From the human T2T-CHM13v2.0 reference genome, Homo sapiens: DNA of 64,000 nt. The DNA is taken from assembly GCF_009914755.1 (NCBI RefSeq), contig NC_060938.1; one strand, written 5' to 3'. Below are positions 36,966 to 52,507 of this stretch, in pieces (positions within the stretch are counted from its first letter, which is position 1; the number at the start of each line of letters is the position of its first letter). Under the pieces are notes generated by a model. That model worked only from the letters and a program-made list of their open reading frames with translations, was not told where the DNA came from and ran no database searches. The position numbers and the translations under genes are program-made.

Positions 36966-38055
36966 CAATAGATTCGGCAGCCTGATCCCGTGACAAAGGT
37001 ACTGAAGGACATCCAGACACACCCCACCACAATCACTAGCAAACCCACTCCCAAACACACAGACACACATGGGCGCACGCGCGGGAACACAAACATACAC
37101 GCAGACACACAAAGACACAGACAGCTTGAAGAAGAGCAAGGGACAGAGGGGTGGAGAGATAGAAACGGAAGGAGAGAGAGAAACAGCGATCGAGAGAGAG
37201 ACAGAGAGGGACAGGGGAAATTGCGAGAGAGAGAGAGAGGGAGAGGGAGGGAGGGAGAGAGAGCGGGGAAGGTGGAGAGGGAAGTAGAGAAAGGGAGAGG
37301 GTGAGGGAGCTAGAGAGGGATAGCAACAGAGCCTTGGAGAGGGAGGCTCTGCTCTGGTATACAGGGGACCCTTTGGCCAGGGTAGGGTGGAGGGTGCCTG
37401 GGCCGGGCTGGAACAGGGGGGCAGGGCCGCCCAAGCGGGAAAACCAACAGAGCCCTGAGACGTGTTTTTACTTGGATTGGTTGGTGGCTTTGGGGGTGCG
37501 TTTCCTAGCGTCATTCCTTTGTTGGCTTCTCCCTGTCCTCTTGGTGCTGTGGGCCCTGAAAGTTGTCAAGTGCGCCTGTACCTGTGGCGGGAGCAGTGGC
37601 GCCGAGCGTGCCCACGGGCCGCCGCTTGGGTTTCTCTCGTGTTCAGGGTGGTATGGCCGTAGACAATGGCAGTGGACAAGAGCCCGGTCTAGCTACACGC
37701 GCCTGATTCAAGGCGTCATAACCAACCCGGGGCCGCGAGGCTGGGATCAGGCATCTCGTAGCCGCTTGCCCGTGGCCAGGCTGCTCTCCCCCTCTCAGCC
37801 CAAACACCACCAGTCGCGGCGCTGCGTTTTCTGCCGACCTCCCAGAGCGTCCCGCCGTCACCGGCGGCCAGGCGTCGCGCAGGACCAATGTGACGCCGCC
37901 CTGCTGTTGCTGGGGGGCGCCGGAGGCCTCCGTCCCTTGTCCAGGCTTCCGGCTCTCGGGGCTGCCTCCCTTCCGCCCACGCTCCAGGGTGTCCCCGGCT
38001 CCTGAGGTCCGAGCTTCCACCACATCGGCTGGCTCAGGACGGGTGTGCTCATCCC
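36966..38055 (-). repeat. Remnant of a 5S rDNA repeat unit (spacer sequence)
   Basis: CpG-rich sequence upstream of the 5S +1 with a D-box-like GGCTCTTG; GT and CT dinucleotide tracts downstream on the minus strand (37050-37320). The spacer assignment is from recall. Confidence 0.65.
37638..37664 (-). pseudogene. RNA5SP: 5S rRNA 5' fragment (first 27 nt only)
   Basis: Reverse complement GTCTACGGCCATACCACCCTGAACACG: first 24 nt identical to the 5S rRNA 5' end; remainder, including A/C boxes and terminator, is absent. Confidence 0.9.
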
Positions 38056-41000
38056 TTCACTTTTTAACTTTTTGTTGTTTCTATTTATATTTTATTGTGC
38101 TATGTCTTGAAATGTTGTTGTAGTTATTACTTTTGATTGGATATTATTTAGTATTCCTACTTTGAATAAGAGTAGTTTGCACACCCCACAGCTAGAGTAT
38201 TATAATATTCTGTTTTGTTTTGTATCCTATTAGCAGTGAGGATTTTTATTACCTTTAGGTGATCATTATTTATTGCTCATTAATGTCCTTTTCTTCCTGA
38301 TTGAAGTACTCTCTTTAGCATTCCTTTAGGAGAGACATGGTATTCATAAAATACTTCAGCTTTTGTTTGTCTGGAAAAGTCAGTATTTCTTTTTTTTTAT
38401 TTGAAGAACATTTTCACTGTATATGCTATTCTAAGGTAAAAGTTTTTTTCCTTTATTACCTTAAATATTTATTGCTTCTCTCTCCCTGCCAGTAGGGTTT
38501 CCACTGTAAAGTCTGCTGCCAGACGTGTTGGAGCTCACCAGTATATTACTTGTTTCTTTTCTCTTTCTTCCTTTAGAACTTTTCTTTGTCTTTGATTTCT
38601 GGAAGATCTATTGAATGCTTTGAAGTAGTCTTTTTTGGATTAAATCTGCTTAATGTCCTATAACATTTTTGTAGTTGGATATGGATATCTTTCTCTAGGT
38701 TTGGAAAGTTTTCTGTTATTATCCCTTTGAATAAATTTTTCTACCCCTGCCTCTTTCTCTACATCTTCTTTAAAACCAATAACTCTTAGATCTGTCTTTG
38801 TGAGGCTATTTTTCTAGATCCTGTAGGCTTGATTTGTTGTTTTTATTCTTTTTCTTTTTCTCTTCTGACTATGCATTTTCAAATAGTCTGTCTTCAAGCT
38901 CACTATTTCTTCTGCTTGATCCATTCTGCTATTAAATGTCTCTAATGCATTCTTCAGCATGCCAATTGCATTTTTCAGTTCCAGAATTTCTGCTTAATTT
39001 GTTGTAACTATTTCGGTCTCTTTGTTGAGTTTAGCTGATAAAATTTGGAATTTCTTTACTTTGTTATCTTGAAGTTCTTTCAGTTTTTTTTTTTTTTAAA
39101 TACAGCTATTTTAAATTCTCTGTCTGAAAGGTCACATATCTCTTTTTCTCCATGATTTGTCCCCGGTGCCTTATTTAGTACACTTGGTGAGGTCATGTTT
39201 TCCTGGATGGAGTTGATGCTAGTAGATGTTCTTCAGTGTCTGGATATTAAAATCTTGGGCATGCAGCACCATATGAGAGGTTTAAAAATAAAATTAAAAA
39301 AGAGAAAAGGCGAGTATTTATTGTAGTCTTCACTCTCTGGGCTTATTTGTAGCTGTCTTTCTTGGGAAGACTTTTCACATATTTGAAAAGACTTGGGTGT
39401 TGTGATCTAAGCCATATCTGCTTTATGGGTACCTTATACCCAATAATGCTGTAATTCTTCCAGACTCAGAGAAGTACCACCTTGACAGCCTTCAACAAGA
39501 TCCAGGAGAATTTTCTGGATTACTAGCCAGAGACTCTTGTTCTCTACTGTTATTTTCTCTCAAAGATACAGAGTCTTTCTCTCTGTTCTAAGCCACCTAA
39601 AGCTGGGAGAAGAAAGACACAAGCACCCCAGGCCACCACTACTATGACTGCCCTGGATCAGACCTGAAGCTAGCACAGCACCGGGTCTTGCTCAAGTCCT
39701 GCTGCATGAGCTTTCTGATGACTGCTTATGTTCACTCAAGGCTTTTGGTCTCTATAATTAGCAGGTTGCAAAGCCAGCCAGGCCTGTGTTCTTTCCTTTA
39801 GGGCAGTGAATGCCCTCAGTCTCTGGCTGGGTCCAGAAGTGCCACTCAGAAGTCAGGGAGTAGAGTCAAACATTTTAGAAGTCCACTTGACATTCTATTG
39901 CATTGCAGCTGATCTGGCACTCAAACCACAAGACATAGTCCTTCCTATTCCTCCCTTCCTTTCCTAAAGGCAGGGTAGCCACCACCACCTCAAGCCACAG
40001 TGAGTACTGCCAGGCTACCACCAATGTTCCCTTAAGGCCCAAAGCCTCTTGTCAGCTTGTGATGAATGCTGCCTGGCCTGGGACTTGCGTTTTCAGGACA
40101 ATGGGATCCCTACTGGCCCTGGGCAGCTTCATAAATGCCAACCAAGAATCAAGTCCTAGAATCAGGGATTCCGAAAGTTTGCTTGGTGCTCTACCCACCT
40201 CTGGCCTTACCGGTACCTAAGGGGCAAGACAAAGTCCACTTTAATTTTCCCTCTACTTTTCCCAAGAAGAAGGAGTTTTGCCTTTTAGCCAGCAGAGCTG
40301 ATAATGTGCTGAGTTCACCTAAATCTAACAAGTCTATGAGGGTCATCCAAGGCCCTTGATGTAGTACCTGAGTATGGCTGCTGGTTATTCAGAGCCCAAA
40401 GGTTTTCAAGTTTGCAGGCAATAAATCCTGCCAGCACATGATTCTTTTCTTCAAGGCAGCAGGTTTCCTTCTGGCCCAGGGTGTGTCTAGGAATGTCTAG
40501 GAGCCAGAGACTGGAAAGGAGGCTGCAGGATTCTGACCAGTGCACTATCTTGCTGTGGCTGAGCTGGTGTCCAGGATGAAAGACAAAGTACTCCCTATTC
40601 TTTTCCCTCCTCTCCTCAAGCAGAAGCATAGGGTCCCTTTTGGAGCCATGAGCTGTGCAGTCTGTTGTTAGCGAAATGATAATGCCAGAACTCCTTTGGC
40701 TGCCCCAGATGGTGTCTCAGTATGTTGCAAGCCCTCCCCACCCCACTCCATTGTCCCTGGGCCCCGTTCAACCCTAGACCTCACCTAAGAATTGCAGTCC
40801 TGATGGCCTAGGCTGCCTTTCAAGTTTTCTTAGACATACAGAGTGCGGGAGCCCTTAGTTGCCAGGTTTCCAAACACTGAAGTTCCAACCACTGGAATCT
40901 GATTCTCCTCTGGCTAGGGCTGGTTTAATTGATCCCTCTGTGGATAGGCATTAACTGCACTTGGTCTAGTTTTCCTTTCTGCTCTAACAGGACAGCACTG

Positions 41001-41290
41001 AGTACAGTGCCTCACAATTGCTCTGTCCTCCCTCCCGCAGAACCCAGAGTTGATCTCTGCACCATGCCATCACTGCTGGGGATGAGGAAACGGTGATTTC
41101 AGGACTGTTTTTTCTGTCTCTTCAGTGCCTCTTTCAGTGATCTGAGGTTAAAACCAGGTACTTTGAGTACTCAGCTGATCTTTCGTTCTTATGAATGTAT
41201 TTTCTGTGTGGATATTAATAGTTGTTCATCTGGTGTCCTTGCAGGAGGGACAATCAGTGGAGCCTTCTTTCTGCCATCTGGCTTTACTCT
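38056..41290 (-). mobile_element. Old L1M 5' region (5'UTR and ORF1 relic)
   Basis: Reverse-complement homology to 57295-60300 (e.g. 39120-39240 vs 59140-59260); ends ccttctttctgccatct like an L1 5' terminus. Confidence 0.8.
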
Positions 41291-41299
41291 CACACCCAA

Positions 41300-43250
<1,951 letters not shown>

Positions 43251-43543
43251 AAGGATTAAATTTTTTTTAATTTTAGGCTCGGGGGAACATGTGAAGGTTT
43301 GTTACATAGACAAACTCCTATCACAGGGGCTTGTTATACAGATTATTTCATAACCCAGGTATTAAGCCCAATACCCCATAGTTATCTTTTCTGTTCCTCT
43401 CCCTCCTCCCACCTTCCCCCCTCATGTAGACCCCATTGTCTGTTGTCTGTTGTTTCCTTCCTTGTGTTCATAAGTTCTCATTATTTAGCTCCCACCTATA
43501 AGTGAGAACACATAGCTGCATAGTATTCCATGGTGCATATGTG

Positions 43544-44333
43544 TGTTCTATGTGGGAAATGCGTGAGGAAAGAAGAAAAGAAACATACAATACTTTTAAG
43601 GGTAAATAGACTTTATCCCAAGTATATGGCAATATAGATATAATAAGCAAATGATACAATAAACAAATTGTAATGGGAAGGGGAGAAGGGAAAATGTATA
43701 TATATGTGTGTGTATATATATATGTAATATATATGTATATATGTATATATGCGTATATATGTAATATATATGTATATATGTATATATGCGTATATATGTA
43801 ATATATATGTATATATGTATATATGCGTATATATGTAATATATATGTATATATGTATATATGCGTATATATGTAATATATATGTATATATGTATATATGC
43901 GTATATATGTAATATATATGTATATATGTATATATGCGTATATATGTAATATATATGTATATATGTATATATGCGTATATATGTAATATATATGTATATA
44001 TGTATATATGCGTATATATGTAATATATATGTATATATGTATATATGCGTATATATGTAATATATATGTATATATGTATATATGCGTATATATGTAATAT
44101 ATATGTATATATGTATATATGCGTATATATGTACATATATCTATATGTGTATATATGCGTATATATGTACATATATCTATATGTGTATATATACGTATAT
44201 ATGTGTATATATACGTATATATGTGTATATATGTGTGTATATATGTGTGTATATATATGCGTATATATGTACATATATCTATATGTGTATATACGTATAT
44301 ATGTGTATATATACGTATATATGTGTGTGTGTG

Positions 44334-44392
<59 letters not shown>

Positions 44393-44773
44393 TTGTTTTA
44401 CACTCACCAGACTATGGAGGATTCATCACCAGACCAGGAAGCAACAGCCTGGGCTCCAGAGTTGGCCAGTAGTCCATGCACAGATGAGGAGAGGTCCCAT
44501 GAACCTTTGGCGTGGTCTGGGAACCGAGCTCTTTTTGTAACAAGTTGTTTGTCATCAGACCCAGTCCTGAGGGCTTTTCGAGACTCGGCTCAAGGAATAC
44601 AAAAAGGTCAACTTGTTTTTGCCATTGTCTGTTGTTTTTCAATAACTACTTTTCCGAAACAGCACTGGATGAATGCTTCAAGGGGCTCACAAAACTCGTT
44701 CCAGGACTTAGTGACCATTGTTTCTGTCCCTGTTCAATAGAGTTCAAATTTAATATTTAAATTTTCCTCCACA
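43544..44773 (-). mobile_element. LTR18B-like solo LTR (ERVL/HERV-S group)
   Basis: Reverse complement starts tgtggaggaaaatttaaatattaaatttgaactc and ends ..catagaaca; 5-bp TSD ATGTG at 43539-43543 and 44774-44778. Confidence 0.85.
43697..44392. repeat. 37-bp AT-rich minisatellite (10 perfect units) with degenerate (TA/TG/CA)n flanks, inside LTR18B
   Basis: gcgtatatatgtaatatatatgtatatatgtatatat starts at 43751 and every 37 bp to 44084. Confidence 0.97.
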
Positions 44774-45237
44774 ATGTGCCATATTATCTGTATCCAATCT
44801 GTCATTGGGCATTTAGGTTGATTCCATGTCTTTACTATTGTGAATAGTGCTGCAGTAAACATTTACGTGCTTGTGTCTTTATGATAGAACAATTTATACA
44901 CCTCTGGGTATATACCCAGTAATGAAATTGCTGGGTCAAGTGACAGTTCTGCTTTTATATCTTTCGAGGAGAACACTGTTGTGCTTTCCACAATGGTGGG
45001 ACCAATGTACACTCCCACCAACAGTGTATGTGTTCTCTTTCTCCACAACCTTGCCAGCATCTGTTATTTTTTGACTTTTTCATAATAGCCATTCTGACTA
45101 GTGTGGGATGGTGTCTCACTGTGCCATGGATTTGCATTTCTCTAATGATCAGTGATATTGAGCTTTGTATTCTATGGTTGTTTGTCACTTGTATGTATTC
45201 TTTTGAAAAACGTTCATGTCCTTTGCCCACTTTTTAA

Positions 45238-46831
45238 ACATTTTTTTATTTCCATAAGTTTTAGGACAACAGGTGGCATTTGGTTACATTACTAAGTTCT
45301 TTATTGATTTGTAAGATTTTGGTGCATCCATCACCTCATCTGTATACACTGAACCCAGTTTGTAGCCTTTTATCACTCACACCCTTCTCCTGTTTCTCCC
45401 TGAGTCCCCAAAGTCTATTGTGTCATTTTTAAGCTTTTGCATCCTTATAGCTTAGCTCCCAATTATAAGTGGGAATATATGATGTTTGGTTTTCCATTCC
45501 TGAGTTACTTCACTTAGAATAATAATCTTCAATCACATCCAGGTTGCTGCAACTGCCATTAATTCATTTCCTCTTTATGGCTGAGTAGTATTCCATTGTG
45601 AATATATACCACGGTTTCTTCATCCACTCATTGATTGATGGGCATTTGGATTGGTTCTACATTTTTGCAATTGCAAATTGTGCTGCTATAATTATATGTG
45701 TGCAGGTATCTTTTATGTGTGATGACTTTTTTTTTTCCTCTGGGTACATAGCCAGTAGTGGGATTGGTGGGTCAAATAGTACTTCTACTTTTAGTTCTTT
45801 AAGGAATCTCCACACTGTTGTCCATAGTGATTGTACTAGTTTACATTCCCACCAGCAGTGTAGAAGTGTTCCCTTTTCACTACATTCACACCAACATCTA
45901 TTTTTTTATTATGACCATTCTTGAGAGAGTAAGGTGGTATCACATTGTGGTTGTAATTTGCATTTCCCTGATCATTAGTGATGTTGAGCATATTTTCATA
46001 TGTTTTTTGGCCATTTGTATATCTTCTGAGAATTGTCTATGACCATACTGCCAAAAGCAATCTACAAATTCAATGGAATTGCCATAAAAAACCCATCATC
46101 ATTCTTCACAGAACTAGAAAAAACAATCCTAAAGTTCATATGGAACCAAAAAAGAGCCCACATAGCCAAAGCAATACTGAACAAAAAGAACAAATCAGAA
46201 GGCATCACACTACCTGATTTCAAACTATGTCGTAAGACCATAGTCACCAAACAGCATGGTTCTTCTATAAAAACAGGCACATAGACAAATAGAACATAAT
46301 GAAGAATCCAGAAATTAACCCAAATATTTACAACCAACTGATCTTTGACAAAGCAAACAAGAACAAAGTGGGGAAAGAACACCCTACCCAACAAATGGTG
46401 CTGGGATAATTGGCAAGCCACAAGTAGGAGAATGAAACTGGATCTTTATCTCTCACCTTATACAAAAATCAACTCAAGATGGATCAAGGACTTAAATCTA
46501 TGACCTGAAAGTATAAAAATTCTAGAAGATGACATCAAAAACACCCTTCTAGACTTTGGCTTAGCAAGGATTTCATGACCAAGAACCCAACAGCAAATGC
46601 AAGAAAAACAAAGATAAATAGGTGGGATTTAATTAAACTAAAGAGCTTTTTCACGGCAAAAGGAACAGTCAGAAGAGTTAACAGAAAATCCACAGAATGG
46701 GAGAAAATCTTCACAATCTGTATATCTGACAAAGAACTAATATCCAGAATCTACAACGAGCTCAAACAAATTAGCAAGAAGAAAACAAACAATCCCATCA
46801 AAAAGTAGGCTAAGGACATGAATAGACAATG
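45238..46831. mobile_element. 5'-inverted (twin-primed) L1PB insertion
   Basis: Minus 3' part 45238-~46040 and plus part ~46040-46830 ([12 protein letters not shown]..); TSD ctttgcccactttttaa 45221-45237 / ctttgaccactttttaa 46832-46848. Confidence 0.88.
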
Positions 46832-49800
46832 CTTTGACCACTTTTTAATAGGGTTGTTTGTTTTTCTCTTGTAAATTTAAGTTCCTTATATTGAATATCA
46901 GATCTTTGTCAAATACATAGTTTGTAAATATTTTTTCTCATTCTGTAGGTTGTCTGTTCACTCTATTGATAATTTCTTTTGCTGAGCAGAAGATTTTAAG
47001 TTTAATTAGATCCCACTTGTCAATACTTGCATTTGTTGTTTTTGGTGTCTTTATCATGAAATCTTTGCCTGTTTCTATGTCCAGGATGGTATTGCGTATG
47101 TTGTCTTCCAGGGGTTTTATAGTTTTGGGTTTTACATTTAAATATTTAATCCATCTTGAGTTGATTTTTGTGTATGGTATAAGGAAGCAGTCCAACATCA
47201 ATCTTCTGCATATGGCTAGCCAGTTATCACAGCACCATTTATTGAATAGGGCATTTTTCCCCATTACTTGTTTTTGCCAGCTTTGTCAAAGATTAGATAG
47301 TTGTAGGTATGTGGTCTTATTTCTAAGCTCTCTATTCTGTTCCATTGGTGTATGTGTCTGTTTTTGTAATAGTACCCTGCTGTTTTGCTTACTATAGTGC
47401 TGTAGTATAGTTTGAAGTTGGGTAATGCAATGCCTCAAGCTTTGTTCTTTTTGCTTTAGGATTGCCTTGGCTACTTAGGTTCTTTCTTGGTTCTATATGA
47501 ATTTTTAAATAGCTTTATCTTCTTCTGTGAAGCATGTCAGTGGTAGTTTAATAGGAATAGCTTTGGGCAGTATGACCATTTAAATGATATTACTTCTTTC
47601 TCTCCATTAACATGGAATGATTTCTCATTTGTTTGTGTCTTCTCTGACTTCTTTGAGCAGTGTTTTATAATTTTCATTGTAGAGATTTTTCACTTCCCTG
47701 GTTAGCTGTATTCGTACGTATTTTATTCTTTTTGTGGAAATTGTGATTAAAATTGTCTCTCTGATTTGGCTGTTAGTTTGGCTCTTCTTGGTGTATAGGA
47801 ATGCTAGCAAATTTTGTACATTGATTTTGTATCCTGAAACTTTGTGGAAGTTGTTTATCAGCTTAAGGAGCTTTTGGGTCACAACTATAGGGTTTAGACA
47901 GAGAATTATATTGTCTGCAAACAGAGGTAGTTGGACTTCTCTTTCTATTTAAATACCTTTATTTCTTTCTCTTGTCTGATTGCTCCGGAAAGGACTTTTA
48001 ATACTATGTTGAATAGGAGTGGTGAGAGAGGGCATCCTTGTCTTGTGCGGGTTTCAAGGAGAATGCTTCCAGATTTTGCCCATTTAGTATAATGTTGGCT
48101 GTGATTTTTGTCATAGGTGGCCTTTATTATTTTGAGGTATGTTCCTTTGATATCTCGTTTATTGAGAATTTTTAACATGAAGCTTTGTTGAATTTTACTG
48201 AAAGCCTTTTCTGCATCTGTTGAGACAATCACATGGTTCTTATCTTTAGTTTTATTTATGTTATGAATCACATTTTATTGATTTGCCCATGATGGACCAA
48301 ACTTCCATTCCAGGGAAGAAGCTTACTTCGCTATGGTGAATTAGCCTTTTGATGTGTTGCTAGATTCAGTTTGCAAGTATTTTGTTGTGGATTATTGAAT
48401 GGATGCTCATCAAGGATACTGGCCTGAAGCTTTCTTTTTTTGTTGTGTCACTGCCAGGCTTTAGTATCAGGATGATGTTGGCCTCGTAGAACACATTGGA
48501 GAAGAGTCCCTCCTCCTCTATTTCTTGAAATAGTTTTAGTAGGATTGGTACTGGCTCTTCTTTGTACATCTGTTAAAATTTGTTAGTCTATCAGGTCCTG
48601 GGCTTTTTTGGGAGGTTGGTAGGCTATTTATTACGGATTCAATTTTTGGAGCTCACATTTGGTCTGTTCAGAGACTGAATTTCTTCCTGGTTCAGTCTTG
48701 AGAGGATGTAGGTGTCCAGGAATTTATTCATCTCTTCTAGGGTTTCTAGTTTGTGTGTGCAGAGGTGTTCATAGTAGTTGCTTGTTGTTATTTTTATTTC
48801 TGTGGGGTCAGTGGTAACATTCCCTTCATCATTTCTAATTGTGTTTCTTTGAATCTTCTCTCTTTTCTTCTTTATTAGTCTAGCTAGTGCCTATCTATCT
48901 TACCAATTTTTTCAAAAAACCTTGATTAAGTGATCTTTTGAACAGCTTTTCTTGTCTCAATTTCTTTCAATTCAGCTCTGATTTTAGTTATTTCTTATCT
49001 TCTATAAGATTTGTGGTTGAGTTCTTCTTGCTTCTCTAATTCTTTCAGTTGTGATGTTAAGTTGTTAATTTGAGATCTTTCTAACTTTTTGATATGGGGA
49101 TTACTTCTTATGCCCTACTCTAACTTTTTTCCTTCTCCTAGAAAACTCAGAACTATGCTTTCTAAACCAATTCAAACTTTCTCAGTGAATCAACCTGGTC
49201 TCCCTGAGGCAAAGTTAGCAATTTTCCATTACACATGGTTCTCTTTCTCTGTAAGAATATCTAATGCAACAATGCAAGTGTTTCTTTCCCTCCTGGATAT
49301 GTGGGGAACTACTTTTGGCTGAGATCAAGATTTAAACCTTGTTCTTTCAACATTAATGAAGATCTATTTAGAAAGCCTCCATTTTTACAGAAAAGACTTA
49401 TAAATACCAATGAAAATAAATATAAAAATATATGATATACAAGTATATTGTGGAAAGACCGAATAAATAAGTGAACTAAGCTCTAAGAAAAAAAGATGAT
49501 GATATAAAATGATATATAAGTAAAGTCCTGGGCTGGTATAGCATAATTAATGTATCAGTAAAGTACGTACACTGCAGAAGTGGCAGGAAGACTGCATAGA
49601 GAGTGAGACCTGACCAAAAGCTTTAAGGAAAGTTCTATACCCTTAAAAGAGATTAAAGTGGACTCAGGAAAACATGCTCCACTTTAGGAGAAGGACACAT
49701 GTTCCAGACAGGCCAAAGCTCAGAGCATCTCTACCTTCTCCAGGAGGAAAGGGGCGGCAAAGCAGCAGGCAGAGGGCAGCAAGGCCAGGTCAGCACAGGG

Positions 49801-50184
49801 CACCCAGGCCAAGCCAGGTGGGCTCCATCATACAGGTAGTGAGGATCCACTGTCTGGTGGGCTTTATTCATTAGTTTGTTTTGTTTTCTTTAGTAACTAA
49901 GACACGTGATCAAAGTTGACCTTTGTAAGTATTGCTGCAGCTGAACATAAGATGGATAAAACCAGTGTTTTAAAAATTATGTTGTATACAGCATTAGCTC
50001 CAGTGAGATATTAGTGGAACACACAGGCACACACACGCACACACACTCACACTGAGCCCAGATTATTCTGGCAAATGCTGGGTTAAGCAAACTAAAAGAA
50101 ACATCTTTAGTGCTGGACTTCTCAGAACCTGGAATGTGGCTATATGACTCATAAAACAGCAAGGTTAAGACAGACCATGTCATT

Positions 50185-50290
50185 TTTTTCCCCAGAAATG
50201 TTGAAACACTTTCCTTCCCTTGGCTTCAGTGTCACCTTCTTTCTCCTGGTTCTCCGTCAACCTCTTAGGCTGCTCCTTCTTGATGTTCTT
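50185..50290 (+). mobile_element. L2 fragment
   Basis: cttcccttggcttcagtgtcaccttctttctcctggttctcc..ggctgctccttct resembles the L2 consensus. Confidence 0.55.
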
Positions 50291-51419
50291 CTTGACAATC
50301 TGCTGCTGCTCAGCCATTCTCTTTTCATTCCCTATGGATTTCTCAAGTGTGTTTCTATTCCTGCAGATTAAACTTTTCTTGTTTTTTCCTGACACCTTTC
50401 CTTGTCTGACCCTCCCCTCTTCTAAGGCAGGTGTTCCATCTGTGTGCGCTTTTGTCATCCTGGGATGCTCCCAGCATTTTCCCTGCCACACTCCATCAGG
50501 TTTTCTCTGCAGACTCTGCGAGTGCAGCAGCCTTGTCTCCACCGTTCCTTCAATGCTCAGCACATAGCACAGAAGCTGACTCCATAACATTTAGTTGGCC
50601 AACTGAGACTAAATGTATGTTCCTCTAGATCTTAAAAAGTTACAGAAACATAGCACAATAGTGAAAAAAATTCTCTTTAGTCAGGAGTTCTCTATATATG
50701 TACAACAGTTTGACGTCATTATTAAGCAAAGTGAAACAAAACTCACAGAATTCCCTAAGATAAATTATTTTGCTTTAGTCTCCAATTCATCATGTGAGAT
50801 AATCAAGACCATGTGTTATTGTAAATATTTCTAGCTCACAACACAACAGCCTGATTTTTATTGTTTGAAATAACCGCAATACAAATCAGTTAATTTAAAA
50901 TTACATGAATAATCCTTTCAAATAAAATTCTGCCTAAATTTTACATTACTCATACGTTCAAATGATAATGAGCTCATAGGCTTTTCCAATACCTCAGTCA
51001 AAACATTGTACTGATTCCAGCTGTGGGAATAGTATCTGAAAGTTATTTTACAGATGGGGAAAAGGTACTTTCGTGACATTGGCCTTTGCACTACTGTGCC
51101 CTTTTGGGTCAGGAAAAAGCTGTTCCCTTAAAATCCTAAAATCTCTTCTGTCAGGTCTGAAGGGTGGGTGGGAAACACAGTTTTTAAAATTTTAGCCACA
51201 GATGTTTTATTCCTTGCTTAAAGCAGTGACTAGATAAAGGCCACTAGAAGAGCCTCCAATGTTTCTGCAGAAGCATGTGCCTGAGAACATCTTCCTGAAA
51301 CACTCCCTTGTCTCTGCCCAAAATCACCTTAGGTAGGAAAATCAAAACTCAGCAGGCTGAGGAGATCCAAGGGTATCACTGAGCTCTGAGTCTTATGAGA
51401 GAAGAGAGAGAGGTCTAAG

Positions 51420-51942
51420 ACTTTTTGTAAATAAATTTATGGGTTACAAGTGCAATTTTGCTGTAAGCATGGATGGCATAGTGGTGAAGTCAGGGCTTTT
51501 AGGTATCCATCACCAGAATAATGCACATTGTACCCATTAAGTAATTTCTCACGGTTCACCCCTTCCATCCCCTCACCCTGCTGAGTCTCCATTATCATTC
51601 CACTCCCTACGTCAATATCTACACATCTTTTAGCCCCGCTTATGAGTGATAAAATACGATGTTTACTCTGTGTTTGACTTGCTTCACTTACAGCAATGGC
51701 CTCCAGTTCCATCCATGTGTATGCAAAAGTTATGATTCTATTTTTTGTGCCTGAATAGTATTTCATTTTGTATACTTTCTACATTTTCTTTCTCCAATTA
51801 TTTGTTGATGGACATTTAGGTTGATTTTATATCTGTGCTACTGTGAATAGTGTTGCAACAAATATATAAGTACAGTTATCTTTCTCATACATTGATTTCT
51901 TTTCCTTTGCATAAATACTCAGTGGTGGGATTGCTGAATCAG
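51420..51942 (-). mobile_element. L1 3' end (L1MA/L1PB-age)
   Basis: ORF 51437-51766 (FAYTWMELEAI..) and antisense 3'UTR motifs. Confidence 0.88.
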
Positions 51943-52507
51943 ACAGAGCCAATAGGTGATCAGTAATCGTGACCAATCATCAGCTAGAAACAAAGTACTT
52001 AGCAGGGCTTGAAAACACCAAAACTCTGAGACCACTGACCTTCAAAAACTTCAACAGCCCTGAGTGAAAAGTCCAAACACATTTATCCACCATTCAAAGA
52101 CCCGTTATTGTCTGTCCTCTGTGCATCTTAGTAGTCTCTTTTTATCACACTGTCTATATACTGCATGAGCCATTTATGTGAAACTATCTGACACTCCAAG
52201 GCATCTTATACTATATATTCAACTACGTATCCCTAGTACCCAGCACAGTCCTGGCATAGAGTTTGCTACTAAACATTTGCAGAATGAAGGAATTATCTTG
52301 TATTCAGGTTCAAGTTTTAAGGTGATTCTTCACTAATAAAAAGTATTACAGTTCACAAATAATCTAATTCCTTTTTTACAAATGGGATCGATTTTAATCT
52401 TATCCCTTAATAACATTACTTTCATTTACTCCCATCTAAATATACTGTCCTAAGAGAGCAATAAGAAAGAGAGTTGAAGCTGGAGCTTGAAGAATTGTAC
52501 ATGGTCC

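Larger units (their letters stand above)
43258..49100 (-). mobile_element. Older L1PA-type element (ORF2 RT region to 3' end), interrupted by LTR18B and an inverted L1PB
   Basis: ORFs 47945-48271 ([16 protein letters not shown]), 47625-47882, 46938-47264 and 44955-45230; sequence resumes across both insertions. Confidence 0.93.

Noticed and set aside
37638-37664. Functional 5S rRNA gene
   Set aside because: Only 27 of about 120 nt are present, with no A/C boxes or terminator.
35755-38023. 199-234 aa ORFs in D4Z4 and 5S spacer sequence
   Set aside because: Low-complexity, GC-rich, stop-poor sequence with no domain content.
43468-44740. Long 231-300 aa Y/I/H/T-rich ORFs
   Set aside because: These are translations of the 37-bp TA-rich minisatellite.
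50180-50590. 136-aa Lys/Glu-rich ORF considered as FRG2-like
   Set aside because: No FRG2 motifs; it overlaps a pyrimidine-rich L2 fragment read antisense.
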